This document shows, in pieces, positions 38,501 to 51,596 of a stretch of 64,000 bases of DNA (within the stretch, counting starts at the first letter, position 1; every line of letters starts with the position of its first letter). The notes below the pieces were generated by a model that was not told where the DNA came from, did no database searches, and saw only the letters and a list, made by a program, of their open reading frames with translations. Made by a program: the position numbers and the translations under genes. The DNA is from Antedon mediterranea (Eukaryota; Animalia; Echinodermata): positions 14,844,371 to 14,908,370 of the forward strand of contig NC_092678.1 in the NCBI RefSeq assembly GCF_964355755.1, read 5' to 3'.

Positions 38501-41500
38501 GATTCAAAGCAACCTTGATGCTCTTTCCAGTTTGTGTGTGGAGAATGATGCAACACCAAATCCTGTAAAGTTTCAAGTGATGCGTGTTCATTTTTTGCGT
38601 AATGTTCCCCAATTTGAGCCGTTACAAATGGATGGTGTTATACTCGAAGAATCCCAGAGTGTGAAACTTCTTGGAGTGCATCTGCAAAGTGACCTCAAGT
38701 GGGACAAGCAGATTAAAGAAGTCGGTTCCAGGGCATCACGTCGTCTATATATGCTATACACTCTGAAGCGTTTTGGAGCCCCAAAGGATGATCTGGTTTT
38801 TACTTTTATAACATACATTCGTCCTTTACTTGAGTATGCCAGTCCTCTTTGGCATAGCTCGATCACCAATAAACAGAGTGATCAACTTGAATTCATCCAA
38901 AAGCGTGTTGTAAAACTTATTATTGGATATCAAAACTATGTTAGTTACGCAAAATCACTTGAAACCCTCAAGTTAAAGACATTGCAGCATAGACGTCAGG
39001 TTCTTCTATATAACTTTGGAAAGGGGCTGCTAAAGTCGGATCGCTTTAAGGAATGGATCCCTGAAAAAGAAAAGCCGACAAGGTGTTTGCGTAAAGTTAA
39101 TAAGTTTGATGTGCCACGATGTCGGACTAAAAGACTTGCTGCATCAACAATTCCAACTGTTATTGGACTCTTAAATAATGAATAGATTTGGACAATTAAC
39201 CTTTAAAGACATTTCGAAGAGTATGTTCTATTGTCTCTTTGTCAAGTGGTTGTTTTATGCTTTAAATTTTTTGTTGTAACTACATATGGGACTATAAAAA
39301 TGTGATTTATAAGATTCAATTTTTTAAATTTGTAAATATAATATAAGAATTTGTAATTATTAATATCATCCTTTGAATTTGAATTTTGTGCAATTTTTAT
39401 TGTACTTTTAGTTTAATGAATTTTACATATATTTTATTGGTGTATAAAAATAATGTGATTATTAATATTAGTCTCTATTTTTTAAAATTGTATATTTTTA
39501 AGAATTTGTGCATTTTTTATAGTAATTTTAAGTTTAACGAATTATACATTAATTATTACTGTTTCATAGGCTTTAATGTGTTTTTTCTTCGTTTAACTTT
39601 GTTTATGTGAATTATCATTTTCATATGTAAGCTCTTCATTTCAACTATGAGTTGTATTTTGAGTATTTTTATACCGATTAAATAAAAAAAAAAAAAAATA
39701 AAAAATAAATAAATAAAAACAATGTAGAATTTACAACCATTATCAATGTGACATGACCGAAAAATATGATTTCATTACATCTGGAATTGATATTTATAAA
39801 CTACATGATTATGCTTTCTTTCTAGTATGGAGACACTCCACTACATAGTTATTTACGATGGCCCAACCCTACAACAGAAATAGTGGCTTGTCTCATACAG
39901 CATGGCGCAGTAGTAACGTCACAAAATAAGGTAACATACAATTATAGTAGGTATTATTATGCCAGTATTAAATAAAACATTACCGGTATCGGTTCAAGCA
40001 AACATCTCTATTCCATTTATGACGTCTCATTTATAATTAATATGAATGTTTTATAATTAGTTTTCACAAATTCAAAAACAGTTATTAAATAAAAAAAATA
40101 ATCAATTAAAACTATATTTTGTAGACATGCCATAAACGACATGTGTTTGTAGAAAAAATATTACATTGTAGACTAAGTGCGTCTCGCTAATTATGACATC
40201 ATATAATTGACTGTCAACCACACATTGTATTACAATTATAGTAGCCCTTCATTGCATCTTTGTATTTTTTTAAAAGCTGGTTAGAATATAATTATTAACT
40301 ATTGAAAACATTTCATTTCGGTCCTAATTTATATGTAGGAGAGCTTTTATTTAATCAAGTACGATATTAAATACGAATTAAAAACGTACTTACTTCGACG
40401 TTTTGCAAGCGTTTCGTTTTTCAAGTAGAATGTGGTTAGTTACGTTGACATTGATCAGTACATGTACGGCATGCTATATGTAACAAGCCAGATGTGTTGT
40501 ATATAAAGTACGAATGAATGTAGCTGAATATTATTGTTTTGTACATTCAGAAGATTTTGTCATGACAATGTAGAATTTACAACCATTATCAATGTGACAT
40601 GACCGAAAAATATGATAGCATTACAGCTGGAATATATATTTATAAACTGCATGATTATGATTTCTTTCTAGCTTGGAAACACTCCACTATATAGTTATTT
40701 ACGATGGTCCAACCCTACAACAGAAATAGTAACTTTTCTCATACAGCATGGCGCAGTAGTAGCGTCACAAAATAAGGTAACGAACAATTATAGTGGGTAT
40801 ATTATGCCATTAATAAATAAAACATTACCGGTATCGGTTCCAGAAAACATTTCTATTCCATTTATGACGTCTCATTTATAATTAATATGAATTATTCGGA
40901 ATTCGTTATTTCAAATTCAAAAACAGTTATTAAATATAATAACAAAATTCGTTAATTAAAACTATATTTTGTAGACATGCCATAAACGACAGGTGTTTGT
41001 AGAAACAATATTACATTGTAGACTAAGTGCGTCTCGCCAATTATGTCATCATATAATTGACTGTCAACCACACATTTGCATTACAATTATAGTAGTCTTT
41101 CATTGCATCTGTGTAATTTTTTAAAACTGGTTAGAATATAATTATTACCTCTTGAAAACATTTAATTTCGGTCCTTATTTTTATGTAGGAGTACATTTTT
41201 TGTTTTGATTTAATCAATCGAGATCGAGAGGGCGCACTAGCGGTGGTTGGTCGTGTTTGTGATTTTGTAGTCTGGAGAACTTTTTACTATCATTATTTTT
41301 ACACTTTTCGATCGCAAGTATTTAAAAAACATAACGCTATTTGCTCTTTAGTATTATTGCTGGACGGATTCATAGAAAATAAGCCTTTTTGTTCAAGGAT
41401 TGTTGTGATTTTTAAAGATGGCTAGTGGAGGCTATATTGGAGGTGGTGGTAGGCCTAAGACAGCTCGTAAGCTTAGGTCGGCGTTTACCCCAGCGGGGGA

Positions 41501-44500
41501 TGATTCGATACCTCATCTAGGCCTATGTGGTAGTTGTAGTAAAGCTGTTGATAATCAATCAGTAACGTGTGGCATGTGTGGGTTTTGTTTTCATTGTTCA
41601 TGTCAAGACGTAGGAAAGTCTTTATTTGATGTTATTTCATCTGGTGAACAGGGCCTTCATTGGTATTGTCGTACCTGTAATAAGTCTGCTTGTGGTTTTT
41701 TGAAAGCGTTGTCGACGATCGGTAAAACACAAGAAAATATTCTCAAAGACATAAAACGTATAGATGAAACTATCACACGAAATTCAAGTGATATTGCTGA
41801 TCTCAAGGCTAAGGATTCAACTGATAAGATTGATTTGTTAACAGCAATAAATGAGAGATTTGAAGATGAAGCTGAGAAGGAAAGAAGAAGGTGTAACCTA
41901 ATGTTATATAATATTGAGGAAAATACAAGTAGTGATCCCATGATCCGCAAACAACATGACTTATCTGTTATCCGTTCTTTTTGTAACGGTTCAGTTGATA
42001 TCGACGCCGAAATGAAAGTTATCTATCGTGTTGGAAAAGCTGAGAAGGATATTAAGAGGCCTTTGAAATTAGTTTTCAGAAAGGAGTCTATTAAACGTCA
42101 AGTTTTTTCTTTAGCAATTCAAAAGGGTTTTGCTGTTAGTAATGATAGAACCATGAAAGAAAGAGAAGCATTCACTAAGTTAAAAGGTGAATTAAACACG
42201 CGATTAGATGCAGGTGAGAAAGACATAGTTATCCGAAGTGGGAAGATTGTGAAGCTTTTTCGTTCCCAATAAAGAAAATAAAAACAGAAAGTTCTCTAAT
42301 TTAAAAGAAAGTACGTTTTCCAATCAGAAATTTAACTTTTGGTACTCAAATTGTGATGGTTTTCTAAATAAGAAGTCAGAGTTACTTTCCCGTTTGGTTT
42401 CAGAAAAAGTTGATTTTATTGCATTGACAGAGATTTTACCAAAGCATTGTTTATACCCGCCACTGATAAATGAATTTCGTGTCCAAGGTTACCAAGCATT
42501 TTTTTCGAATGAGGATTTTACTTCTGGTCGTGGTGTTTTAATTTATGTCAGAAATGGAATTTCAGTTTCTCAAATTTTCTTTAAGAAGAATAAGTTTGTA
42601 GAGTCAGTTTGGGTTAGAGTAAAAGAAGTAAAAACGGATCTTTTATTAGGTTGTGTTTACCGTAGCCCAACTTGTAGTATGGATAATAATATCAAGCTGA
42701 ACTCATTGTTCCGTGAAGTATATAAATCATCTTTTTCTGATTTAATCGTTGTCGGCGATTTTAACTATAAAAGTAATAACTGGGAATTAAATTGTGTGTC
42801 TTCGGAAGATGGAGATTCCAGCAGAAGTTTCTTTGACACCATCAACGATCTATTTTTAATTCAACACGTTATGGAACCTACTAGATACAGAGAAGGCGAA
42901 ACACCCAATGTTTTGGATCTGGTTTTTACAGACAAAGAGAATACTATAAATGGCATTATGCAGTCTCCACCACTGGGTAAAAGCGACCATATGATGTTAC
43001 AATTTTCATTGGATCTTGTAAGAGATGACAGAATTGAACCAAATATTCGAAGTTACAGGCATGGTAACTATGATTTGCTGCGCGAGAAAATTGGTTTGGT
43101 AGATTGGGATGTGGTTTTCAATGACAAATCAGGTATTCAATCGTGGGACGAATTCGAGCATATACTTGCGAAGAATATTGATGAGTGTATCCCGATGAGG
43201 AAGGTTTGCCACGGAAGAAAACCCTTTTGGATGAACAAAAAAATTGAAAAGCAGATTGCCAAAAAGAATAAATGTTGGAAACAGTATGTAAAGGCCAAGA
43301 GAAAACAAAAAGTATGTGTGTCAGCAAAATGGTCGAAGTTTGTCCAAGTAAGAAATCAAACAGTAGATCTGATTCGATGTAGTAAATCTGACTTCGAAAA
43401 TAAAATAGCAATTGAGATCAAATCTAATGAAAAGTCTTTTTGGAGGTATCTCAGTTCTCAAATCAATATAAAGTCTGGTATACCCAACTTTGATAGTAAT
43501 GGAAGGCATGTGTCTGATGACAAGGATAAGGGTGATTTTGCTAAACCCGTTTTTTAGTAGTGTATTTGTCGATGAAAATGTTTCGAATGTACCGGCTGTT
43601 GATGACATTTCAGAGGATTTTTTATCTCAAGTTGACTTTCCTTGTGACAAAATCTTAAATATTTTGAATTTTTTGAATCAACGTTGAATATTAATAAAAC
43701 AGCTGGACCTGATGGTATTCACCCACGCATCTTAGTTGAACTAAAGAATATCATTTGCTACCCCTCTATATTATTTTTACGAAATTGTTTCAAGAAGGAG
43801 CCGTCCCTAATAGTTGGAAACGGGCTACAGTGGTACCGATTTTTAAAAAAGGAGTGAAGTCTGACCCAAGCAACTATAGACCTGTGAGTTTAACTTCGGT
43901 AGTTGGTAAAATTATGGAGAGAATTATCAGGAAGGAATTATTGGACTTTCTTGAACATCACTCACTTATTTGTTATGAGCAATTTGGTTTCCGGCAAGGT
44001 CGTTCCTGTGCTTTACAATTACTTGATGTTCTTGAAAACTGGTTTTCTTATTTTGATAATCAGGATTGTTTTGATTTTATCTACCTTGACTACAAGAAGG
44101 CTTTCGATAGTGTGCCTCATCATAGACTCCTTCTGAAAATGAGTGCATTGGGTATTAGAGGTAAACTTCTAAACTGGTTTCAAGAATTTCTTAACGATAG
44201 ACAACAACGGGTTAGTGTCAATGGATGTGTTTCAGATTGGGCTGATGTTCGTAGTGGTATCCCACAAGGAAGCGTCGTTGGACCTGTTCTTTTCATTATG
44301 TTTATAAATGATTTACCTTCTGTTATTTCTTCCTCTGTACGCATGTTTGCAGATGATACTAAATTGTATAGAGTAGTTAACACTGTGAATGATGCTCAAG
44401 TTCTACAAGAAGATTTAGAGAAAGCATGTGACTGGTCTAACAAATGGCAATTACCTTTTAACGAGGGTAAGTGCCAAGTAATGCACTTTGGGAAGAAAAA

Positions 44501-45637
44501 CAACAAACATCTGTATGCCATGCGTGGTTTCTTATTGAATGAAGTTGATCATGAAAAAGACCTCGGTGTTACTATTGACTCTAAACTTGTTTTTAATGTA
44601 CGTGTGGCAGATGTAGCAATGAGAGCAAATCGGAAGTTGGGCATGGTATATCGAGCTTTCAAGTTTTTAAATATGGATGAGTTTCTTCGTTTATATAAAG
44701 CTATTATTCGTCCGACCTTGGAATACTGCAACGTTGTTTTTAACTCGCTACATTGTAAGGAGGAAGACCTATTGGAAAAAGTTCAAGAACGTGCCACCAA
44801 GCTTATTTTTTCCATTCGTCATTTACCTTATTCAGAAAGGCTGAAAATTCTCAACCTACCTACTCTCGCATACTGAAGGCAAAGAGCTCATTTGATACAG
44901 ATTTTTAAAATTTTACATGGAGTGGATAGTATTTCTGCTGATTCTTTTTTTGAGAGTGATGTTAGAACACGTGGTCATTCATTTAAATTAAAATTTAAGT
45001 TCTCACGCACAAATTGGATGAGGGACTCATTTGGTCGAAAAGCTATTCTATTATGGAATTCGTTATCGGAGGATGTAGTAGCTTCAAGATCAACCAATCA
45101 ATTTAAGTCCGGTCTTGAACGGGCATGGTCCAACCACCCTCTTAAATTTGCGCCATATTCAAGAGTTGATGTAATTATCAAGAAGGGCTTATAGGCATAG
45201 CCTAGCCTCGACTCCGGACCCAGCATTGCTGAGCTCCGGAAACAAGTAAACAAGTAAGTAAGTAAGTACAATATACAAGTACGAAATAAAAACGTACTTA
45301 CTTCGACGTTTTGCAAGCGTTTCGTTTTCCAAGTAGAATGTTGTTGTTAGTTCCGTTGACATTGGTCAGTACATGTACGACATGCTATGTAACAAGCCAG
45401 AATATTATGTGTTGTATATAAAAAAGAATGAATTTGAATTTACAATAATTATCAATGTGACATGACCGAAAAACATGATTACATTACAACTGAAATTAAT
45501 ATTTTGTAAAATACATGAATATGATTTATTTCTAGTTTGGATACACTCCACATACGTATTTACGATATGCCGATCCTACAACAGAAATAGTGACTTGTCT
45601 CATGCAGCATCGCGCATCAGTAACATCACAAAATGTG
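35504..45637 (+). CDS. Four tandemly duplicated ankyrin-repeat exons (35504-35608, 39826-39930, 40672-40776, 45536-45637); gene ends not found
   Basis: Phase-0 AG/GT exons of 105,105,105,102 bp encoding FGNTPLHSYLRCANPTTEIVACLIKHGASVTSQNL and variants; flanking intron sequence is also repeated. Confidence 0.75.
35930..37100 (+). mobile_element. Old degraded LINE fragment
   Basis: LFADDVVLFS RT motif near 35942; C-terminal C..C...EDEKHFLLYC near 36850-36905; A-rich tail. Confidence 0.6.
37383..39718 (+). mobile_element. 5'-truncated CR1/L2-group LINE with an open RT frame (to 39185) and A-rich tail
   Basis: PWF, RPISIT, QFG, IDFSKAFD, GVPQGTKLGP, FVDD motifs; interrupts the ankyrin repeat unit at tttgtcat|gacaatg. 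Confidence 0.9.
41418..42272 (+). CDS. LINE ORF1 (PHD finger, coiled coil, RRM-like region)
   Basis: CGSC...CGMC..FHCSC...WYCRTC; RRRCNLMLYNI; YRVG...RPLKL. Confidence 0.85.
   Translation: MASGGYIGGGGRPKTARKLRSAFTPAGDDSIPHLGLCGSCSKAVDNQSVTCGMCGFCFHCSCQDVGKSLFDVISSGEQGLHWYCRTCNKSACGFLKALSTIGKTQENILKDIKRIDETITRNSSDIADLKAKDSTDKIDLLTAINERFEDEAEKERRRCNLMLYNIEENTSSDPMIRKQHDLSVIRSFCNGSVDIDAEMKVIYRVGKAEKDIKRPLKLVFRKESIKRQVFSLAIQKGFAVSNDRTMKEREAFTKLKGELNTRLDAGEKDIVIRSGKIVKLFRSQ
42310..45194 (+). pseudogene. LINE ORF2 (APE endonuclease + RT) with frameshifts near 43550-43750 and a stop at 44874
   Basis: IALTE, YRSP, VGDFN, LDLVF, SDH; YRPVSLTS, LDYKKAFD, GIPQGS, FADD. Confidence 0.9.
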
Positions 45638-46110
45638 GTAATCCACATTCAATTATTGTAGGTCGTTATGTCGTTATTATGAAAACAATATAGTTAGTAT
45701 TACTTATTTATAATTATTTATTGCGAATTTTAAAAGCAGTTATCGAATGAATGAAAAATTAATGAAGACATGTCATGAACGACATGTGTAGAAACAATTA
45801 TGAAATCATAATAATCGATTGAATCAGCCATTTTTTTAAAATTATTTATTCTAACAAACAATTGATGCAAATATCAACTTACTGTCAAACTAGCCACACG
45901 ATCATTACAGTTCTCTATCCTCAGTATGAGATATGAATATGTAGTAGATAATGACATTATGCTAACCTTCCGATAATCAGTGCAAAAACGATACGATTTA
46001 TCTTGTGTTGGAAGTTATACGAATACACATGGGGAATTCCAAGCACTGTAACTAGGCTCTATGATATCATTTCTAATCATACCGTCACTCGTCACTCGTC
46101 ACACGAACCG

Positions 46111-49100
46111 CACAGCTGTTCCAGAAATATGAATTAAGTGCAGCGCCCCCAACGTTTCATAGCGTTTTATGGAGTAGCGATTCCGAAAACATATTGTATA
46201 CAAACCACACGAGGAACCCGGAAGCAATCAAGCATAAAACGACTGTTTTTTAATAGCAAATAAAAACAAATAAAGACCGCAAAAGTCAGAAAAATAATGA
46301 ATATTCATTAGAACAACCCTGGATGAAGGTGAAAAACATGTTGTCGTCGTTTTATCACGTGGATTTTAAGAGGTAATGTAATTGAAAATTGTACACCCAA
46401 CGCCAGTTTTTTTCTCAAGTGATACCTTTAAAAAGTAGGTATAAATGTTGTTTTCCATATCAGTTTAAAAATATTTTTTTCTGTTGAATTCTTTGATTTA
46501 GTTGAATACTTTAGTTATCCTTGAATGTTTTAACAAGGATCGTATTCATATAGCCTGGCTGGATTTTTTCCTATGCTAGCTTATAATAGGCTATGCCCAG
46601 GCCCCCTTGCGTGGTTAAAACCAGCTGTGTAAGACTAATGGCTGTTTATTTTTAACACGTAAACATGTATATTCGGAGGGCCTGAGTGACAGTTGACCTG
46701 TTATAAAGCTGATTAATTACTTGTTCCTGGTCCTAATTAAAAATTAGGCCTAGTCTAGGCCTAAGCTTTTTTAATAATCATTCATATTGGGAGAGGAGTA
46801 CAGAGTAGGCCAGGCTACAGGCCTAGCTAGGCCTATATTATATATAGGCTAGGCTACATCATCAGCAGGTTAAAGGCTAGCAGCCTACCTAGCATGTCTT
46901 AGTCAAAGATCTGTAATATATTAATAGAAAGAAGCTATAGAGTACTGTGACATTAGATATTTAATCATAAATGCATATTTCTTTCATATTTGCATTGTAT
47001 TATATATGCAATCACAATCTAAATCAGTAAATAACATCAATTTCCGTTATCCCCATGTTGTGACACATGCAATGTTATTGAGAATGATAAACATATGTTA
47101 GTAGAGTGCATAACAGTAAAATGTTTATGGAGAGAGATAAACGAAATAATTAGAGCAGTAAGCATACATATTCCTGTTTTTTCTTTCAAAAGACTTTTAT
47201 TTGAAACTGACAATAATTACGTAAATAAATTATACACTTTAGGAGCATTTTGTATTTATAAAGTAAAGATATTAAGTTTATTGGAAAAAGAAAAAAAAAA
47301 GCAATCTCCTACAAATGTTTAAATCTGAAAAAAAGATAAGAAATATGTAAATCTGCAGGTATACTGTATATGCTCAACCAGATTAAGGAAGAAAATATGT
47401 AAATGAGATACCATGAATGATGAATCTATTATGTTTTTTTTTTTTTTTTTGTTTTTTTTTTTTTTCTACTATACTGTATATTTTGTAAATACAAAATGTG
47501 AAAAGCTTTTTATAGATTGATGATAAAAAAAATGATGAAGGATAAGAAGGTTTAGGTTTAAGTGGTGAAGTGTTTTCATCAAAGCTTTCATATTATATGT
47601 ATATACCGTATATATGTAATTTGCACATTCTTACTGCATGTGGAATTTTGAAATGATAAAATGGTTAAAAAGAAAAAAAAAAATTTCAATTTTTTTTAAT
47701 GGATCATTAAACACAAATGTTGTTAAATGATAATGTATGTATAAAAAAATAATAGAATAAATAATAAGTAAAAAAAAATAATTGAATGAACCCACATAGG
47801 AAAAAAAAAGTTAAATGAAACTTTGATGGGTTATACTGTAGATGCAAAAAAGGATAATCTGTTGGAAATAAATTTTGTAAACATTTAAAGATAAAAAAAA
47901 ATCAATGTTAAAGGATGAGGAAAATATAATGTTAACAGTAAAAAGTTAGTAAGTAATTAGTATAACTGAGAATATGCATTGTTTAAATGAAAATATGTTT
48001 GCATAGATAAATCCAAAGAAAAAAAAATGGGACAAACCCATGGGATGGATTTATTAAACATAAACGTATTATAATTGTATGAAATAAATATGCATGTAGA
48101 TGAAAAAAAAACCAGAAACAACTATGTAAGAAAAAATAAGCTTTGTTAATGAAAATGTGTTATAGATAATATGTATAAAAAGAGGAAACTATGTAATCAA
48201 TGTGGTTAAATGATAATGTATGTATAAACAAAATAATATATGGAAATATTTTTTTTTTTTTAAAGAAAATAAGTAAAAAAAAAAAGTGGAATGAATCCAC
48301 ATAAGAGAAGAAAGTAAAAAAGTTAAATGAAAATTTAAGAAGTTATAGATGCAAAAAAAGATCTGCTGGTTTTGTAAACATTAAAGAACAAAAATATTAA
48401 TATTAATGTTAAAGGATGAGAACAATATTATGTTAACAGTAAACATTTAGTAAGTAATGAGTATAACAGAGAATATGCATTGTTAAATGAAAATGTGGTA
48501 GATGAAAAAAATCAAAAACAACTATGTAAGAAAAAAAATAAGCCTGTTAATGAAAATGTGTTACAGATAATATGTTTAAAAAGAGGAAGCTATGTAATCA
48601 ATGTGATAATATGTAAACAAATGAATAAAACTCTTTAAATAAGTATATGTATACAGATGATTAAACAAACATTGTAAATATAATGATATGTATAGTGTAT
48701 AGTGAAAAATATATGTAAAGAGAACAGTGGTATGGAAATAAAAGTGGGATGAACCCACATAAGATAAAAAAAAAAAAAATTTCCGTTATCAATCAATAAT
48801 ATATATAAACCAAATTAAAATAAAATAACTTCCAAAAAATTAAATTCAATTACAATTCATATACCATTTGTTAAATATTTACAAAATCATTGTTCTAGCA
48901 ATAACACAAACAAATACTACCATTCATACAGTATACTGTACATAATAATATGCAATACTGTAACAATTAACTGAGAAATAGCAAACTATTCCTCAACTTT
49001 TCTGCACTTAGTTACCGGCCTAGTTACTTCATGCTGGATCTCAGGTGAAATAAACGTCAGATGTGACTTCATGATTTCCCACAAAACTTTTTCCATGGTA

Positions 49101-51128
49101 CTGCTGTCGAGGAATTTATTTATACCTCGTCCATTTTTTTACATAGAGGTCCAGTTTCAAATCTCTTGGTTCATAGTAGTTCGCTAAATAAAATATATAA
49201 AAGAAATATGGCATTCATTTTTATAGTATTGCATGTTTTAGACATAATTTTAAAGGTGTATAATGTAGGACTGACTAAATCTTTGACCTCTTGTTCTTTT
49301 AGATTTATTCTGTGGCCAGTCTCTGCAATCTTACTATGCTGTTTTGTCACAAGTGACACTGAGAGTTCATTTCTTAAATGCTCAAGATTCTCTTCTAAAG
49401 ACTGGATTTTAATCATTGTACTTTGTAGCATGTCGATGTGCTACAGCTTCTGATTTTCTCTTTCTTCTAGATGATCACCTGAGATTAAACAATATTGGTC
49501 AACCAAATAAATGTCAATCTGCATCAAAAATGAGCATCAAAATTATTAAATTTTAAAAATGTTAACTATTTCTTGTAGCAGATAATGATAATATATGGAT
49601 AATTCATAGGAAAATAAGTTCCAGCCAAAGGTTTGCTTTATTATGCATAAAATAGGATAAACAATTTTGAAATTCCATGCTCAAAGGGACAATGTATATT
49701 TAAAGGGCAACTTGACCAATTAAGTTATTATGTAATGTAGATGTAAAGATGAAACAACATTTGAATTTACCAGTCAAGATGTCAGCATCCTGTCGCATGT
49801 TGAATATTATAACATATTGACACCTGGAAAAATAGTTGATTGAGGAAATATTTAATAAGGAAAAGAGGTATATTTATAAATTACTGTAACAATTGTTTGT
49901 TTCGACAGTTATTTTATACTAACATTGTTCTTTAATATGAAGTACAAACACACATTTCATTGTTTGGAATGTGTATTAAACTTTCTAAAGAGGTGGTTAT
50001 GATTATTTACCTACCCTGTTTAATTCAATGTCTACCAGGTATGGTCTAACAACGCTGTGCGATATTGTTTTGCTTCTTTTTTTTCACTGCCATTGTCTAC
50101 AAAAGACTTGTAGGCCTTGAGATATCTACAGGCTTGAGGAATATTGTTGGTTCTGATGTCATCTTGATTACAAAAACAATAGATGCAACTGTACTTTCCT
50201 TTAAAAATAAATCAATTTTTAAATCTACAGTACTTCAGTTTTGTGTCCAAACAAATCCAAACAAGAGAGCTAATAGCCAAAATATTAAACCATTATTATG
50301 CTGTAAAAATGTATTATTATTAAGGCCTAGCCTAGGCTGCAACTGTCACTCAGTCACACCAGCTAGCCTAAAAATGCACCAGGAAAGCAATAATTATTAT
50401 TATAAACACATGCCATTAATTATTTGGTAACAGTTATAATGATTACATTTAAGATTAGGGTAATTAAAGGTTTAACTATTACGAATTTTCTATGTTTCGG
50501 CCTAGCTTCATTCTAGGCCCACATTACTGTCACGGTCATCGCGCGCGTCAACGCACTTTCTAAGCCTATCGCCAAACCATTTTCTCGCCGATAACAATAA
50601 CAATGTATAAAAGGGTTGCAAAATATGCGAGTTTTACTAAAAATTGAACCAGGCTATATTGACAAAACTAGTATTATTTTGTTTATATAATAATGTTGGA
50701 CTATATTCTAGTTCGTTCTTTTTCTAAAAAAAATGTATTATGTACAAAAAAAAGTAAAGAATACAATGATATTTTCTACTTACGATTGTTTACTATTTCA
50801 TTACACAGTTTATCTCAACTTCCCGGTTTATGTGCGGGAGAGTATTTCATTAAAATGGACAATATCGTCGTTTATTTATTAATTTATAGTAAAGAAACAA
50901 TAAAATATTTATTTTTTAATTGAACATACACTTTTTTTAATCGTTTAGTTTTGTATAAAATGTTTTTACTACATAAAAACTCACGATAGCGAAATCTAAT
51001 TTAGCGTTCGCGAAATAATGGTTTGTAAACAAAAATTATATGTCCGCGTGACTCGGGGGAGCCTCGTCTGCTAACACTGAGGGCGCTTGATTTTTTCTGA
51101 TATCTTAACACTAGTTGAAACAGCGGCG
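46111..51128 (-). mobile_element. Internally deleted Chapaev-type element, copy 2
   Basis: Colinear and highly similar to 27094-30834; left end CACAGCTGTTCCA; right end degenerate (TGAAACAGCGGCG); no clean TSD. Confidence 0.88.
47052..48777 (+). mobile_element. 5'-truncated L1/Tx1-like LINE 3' end inserted in Chapaev copy 2
   Basis: TSD AATTTCCGTTATC on both sides; poly(A) tail; starts with CDTC...HMLVEC...LW zf-RVT-like peptide; long A-rich 3' UTR with an internal duplication; absent from copy 1. Confidence 0.8.
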
Positions 51129-51520
51129 AATCGTCATTTAGGCGGAACATTTTCTTTTTTTATATTTTGAAAGTATTTATGCTAAAGAACAATTGATGCA
51201 AATATAAATTGCGTATCTTATTTCATTAATTAATTATTTTAATTATAATTTGGCGAATATTGTATGATATTATAATTATTCGTCACACGAACAGTCTTAT
51301 ATCGATTCGTTACTTCATGGGAGGAAAACGCGCATCGCGCACTGTTTACGCGCCTCAATAAACGGCGAATATTGCTGCTAACAAGTGATCTTGTTGGATT
51401 ATTGTGTATCTGGAACAATCCATTATATGATGGCTAATGTTCAGTCGCCCGATGTTAGAGTGAGCATAGTTTATAGATTTTTGAACCGTAATTTACCAAG
51501 TAAAAACTGATTGATGTGGT

Positions 51521-51561
51521 TATTACCTCCGCCAAGGAGATTATTATGTTCACCCCTATAA

Positions 51562-51596
<35 letters not shown>

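Larger units (their letters stand above)
41218..45268 (+). mobile_element. Near full-length CR1-like LINE (ORF1 + ORF2) with (AAGT)n tail
   Basis: 5' UTR, PHD ORF1, APE-RT ORF2; interrupts the ankyrin unit at ttaatca|agtac. Confidence 0.9.
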
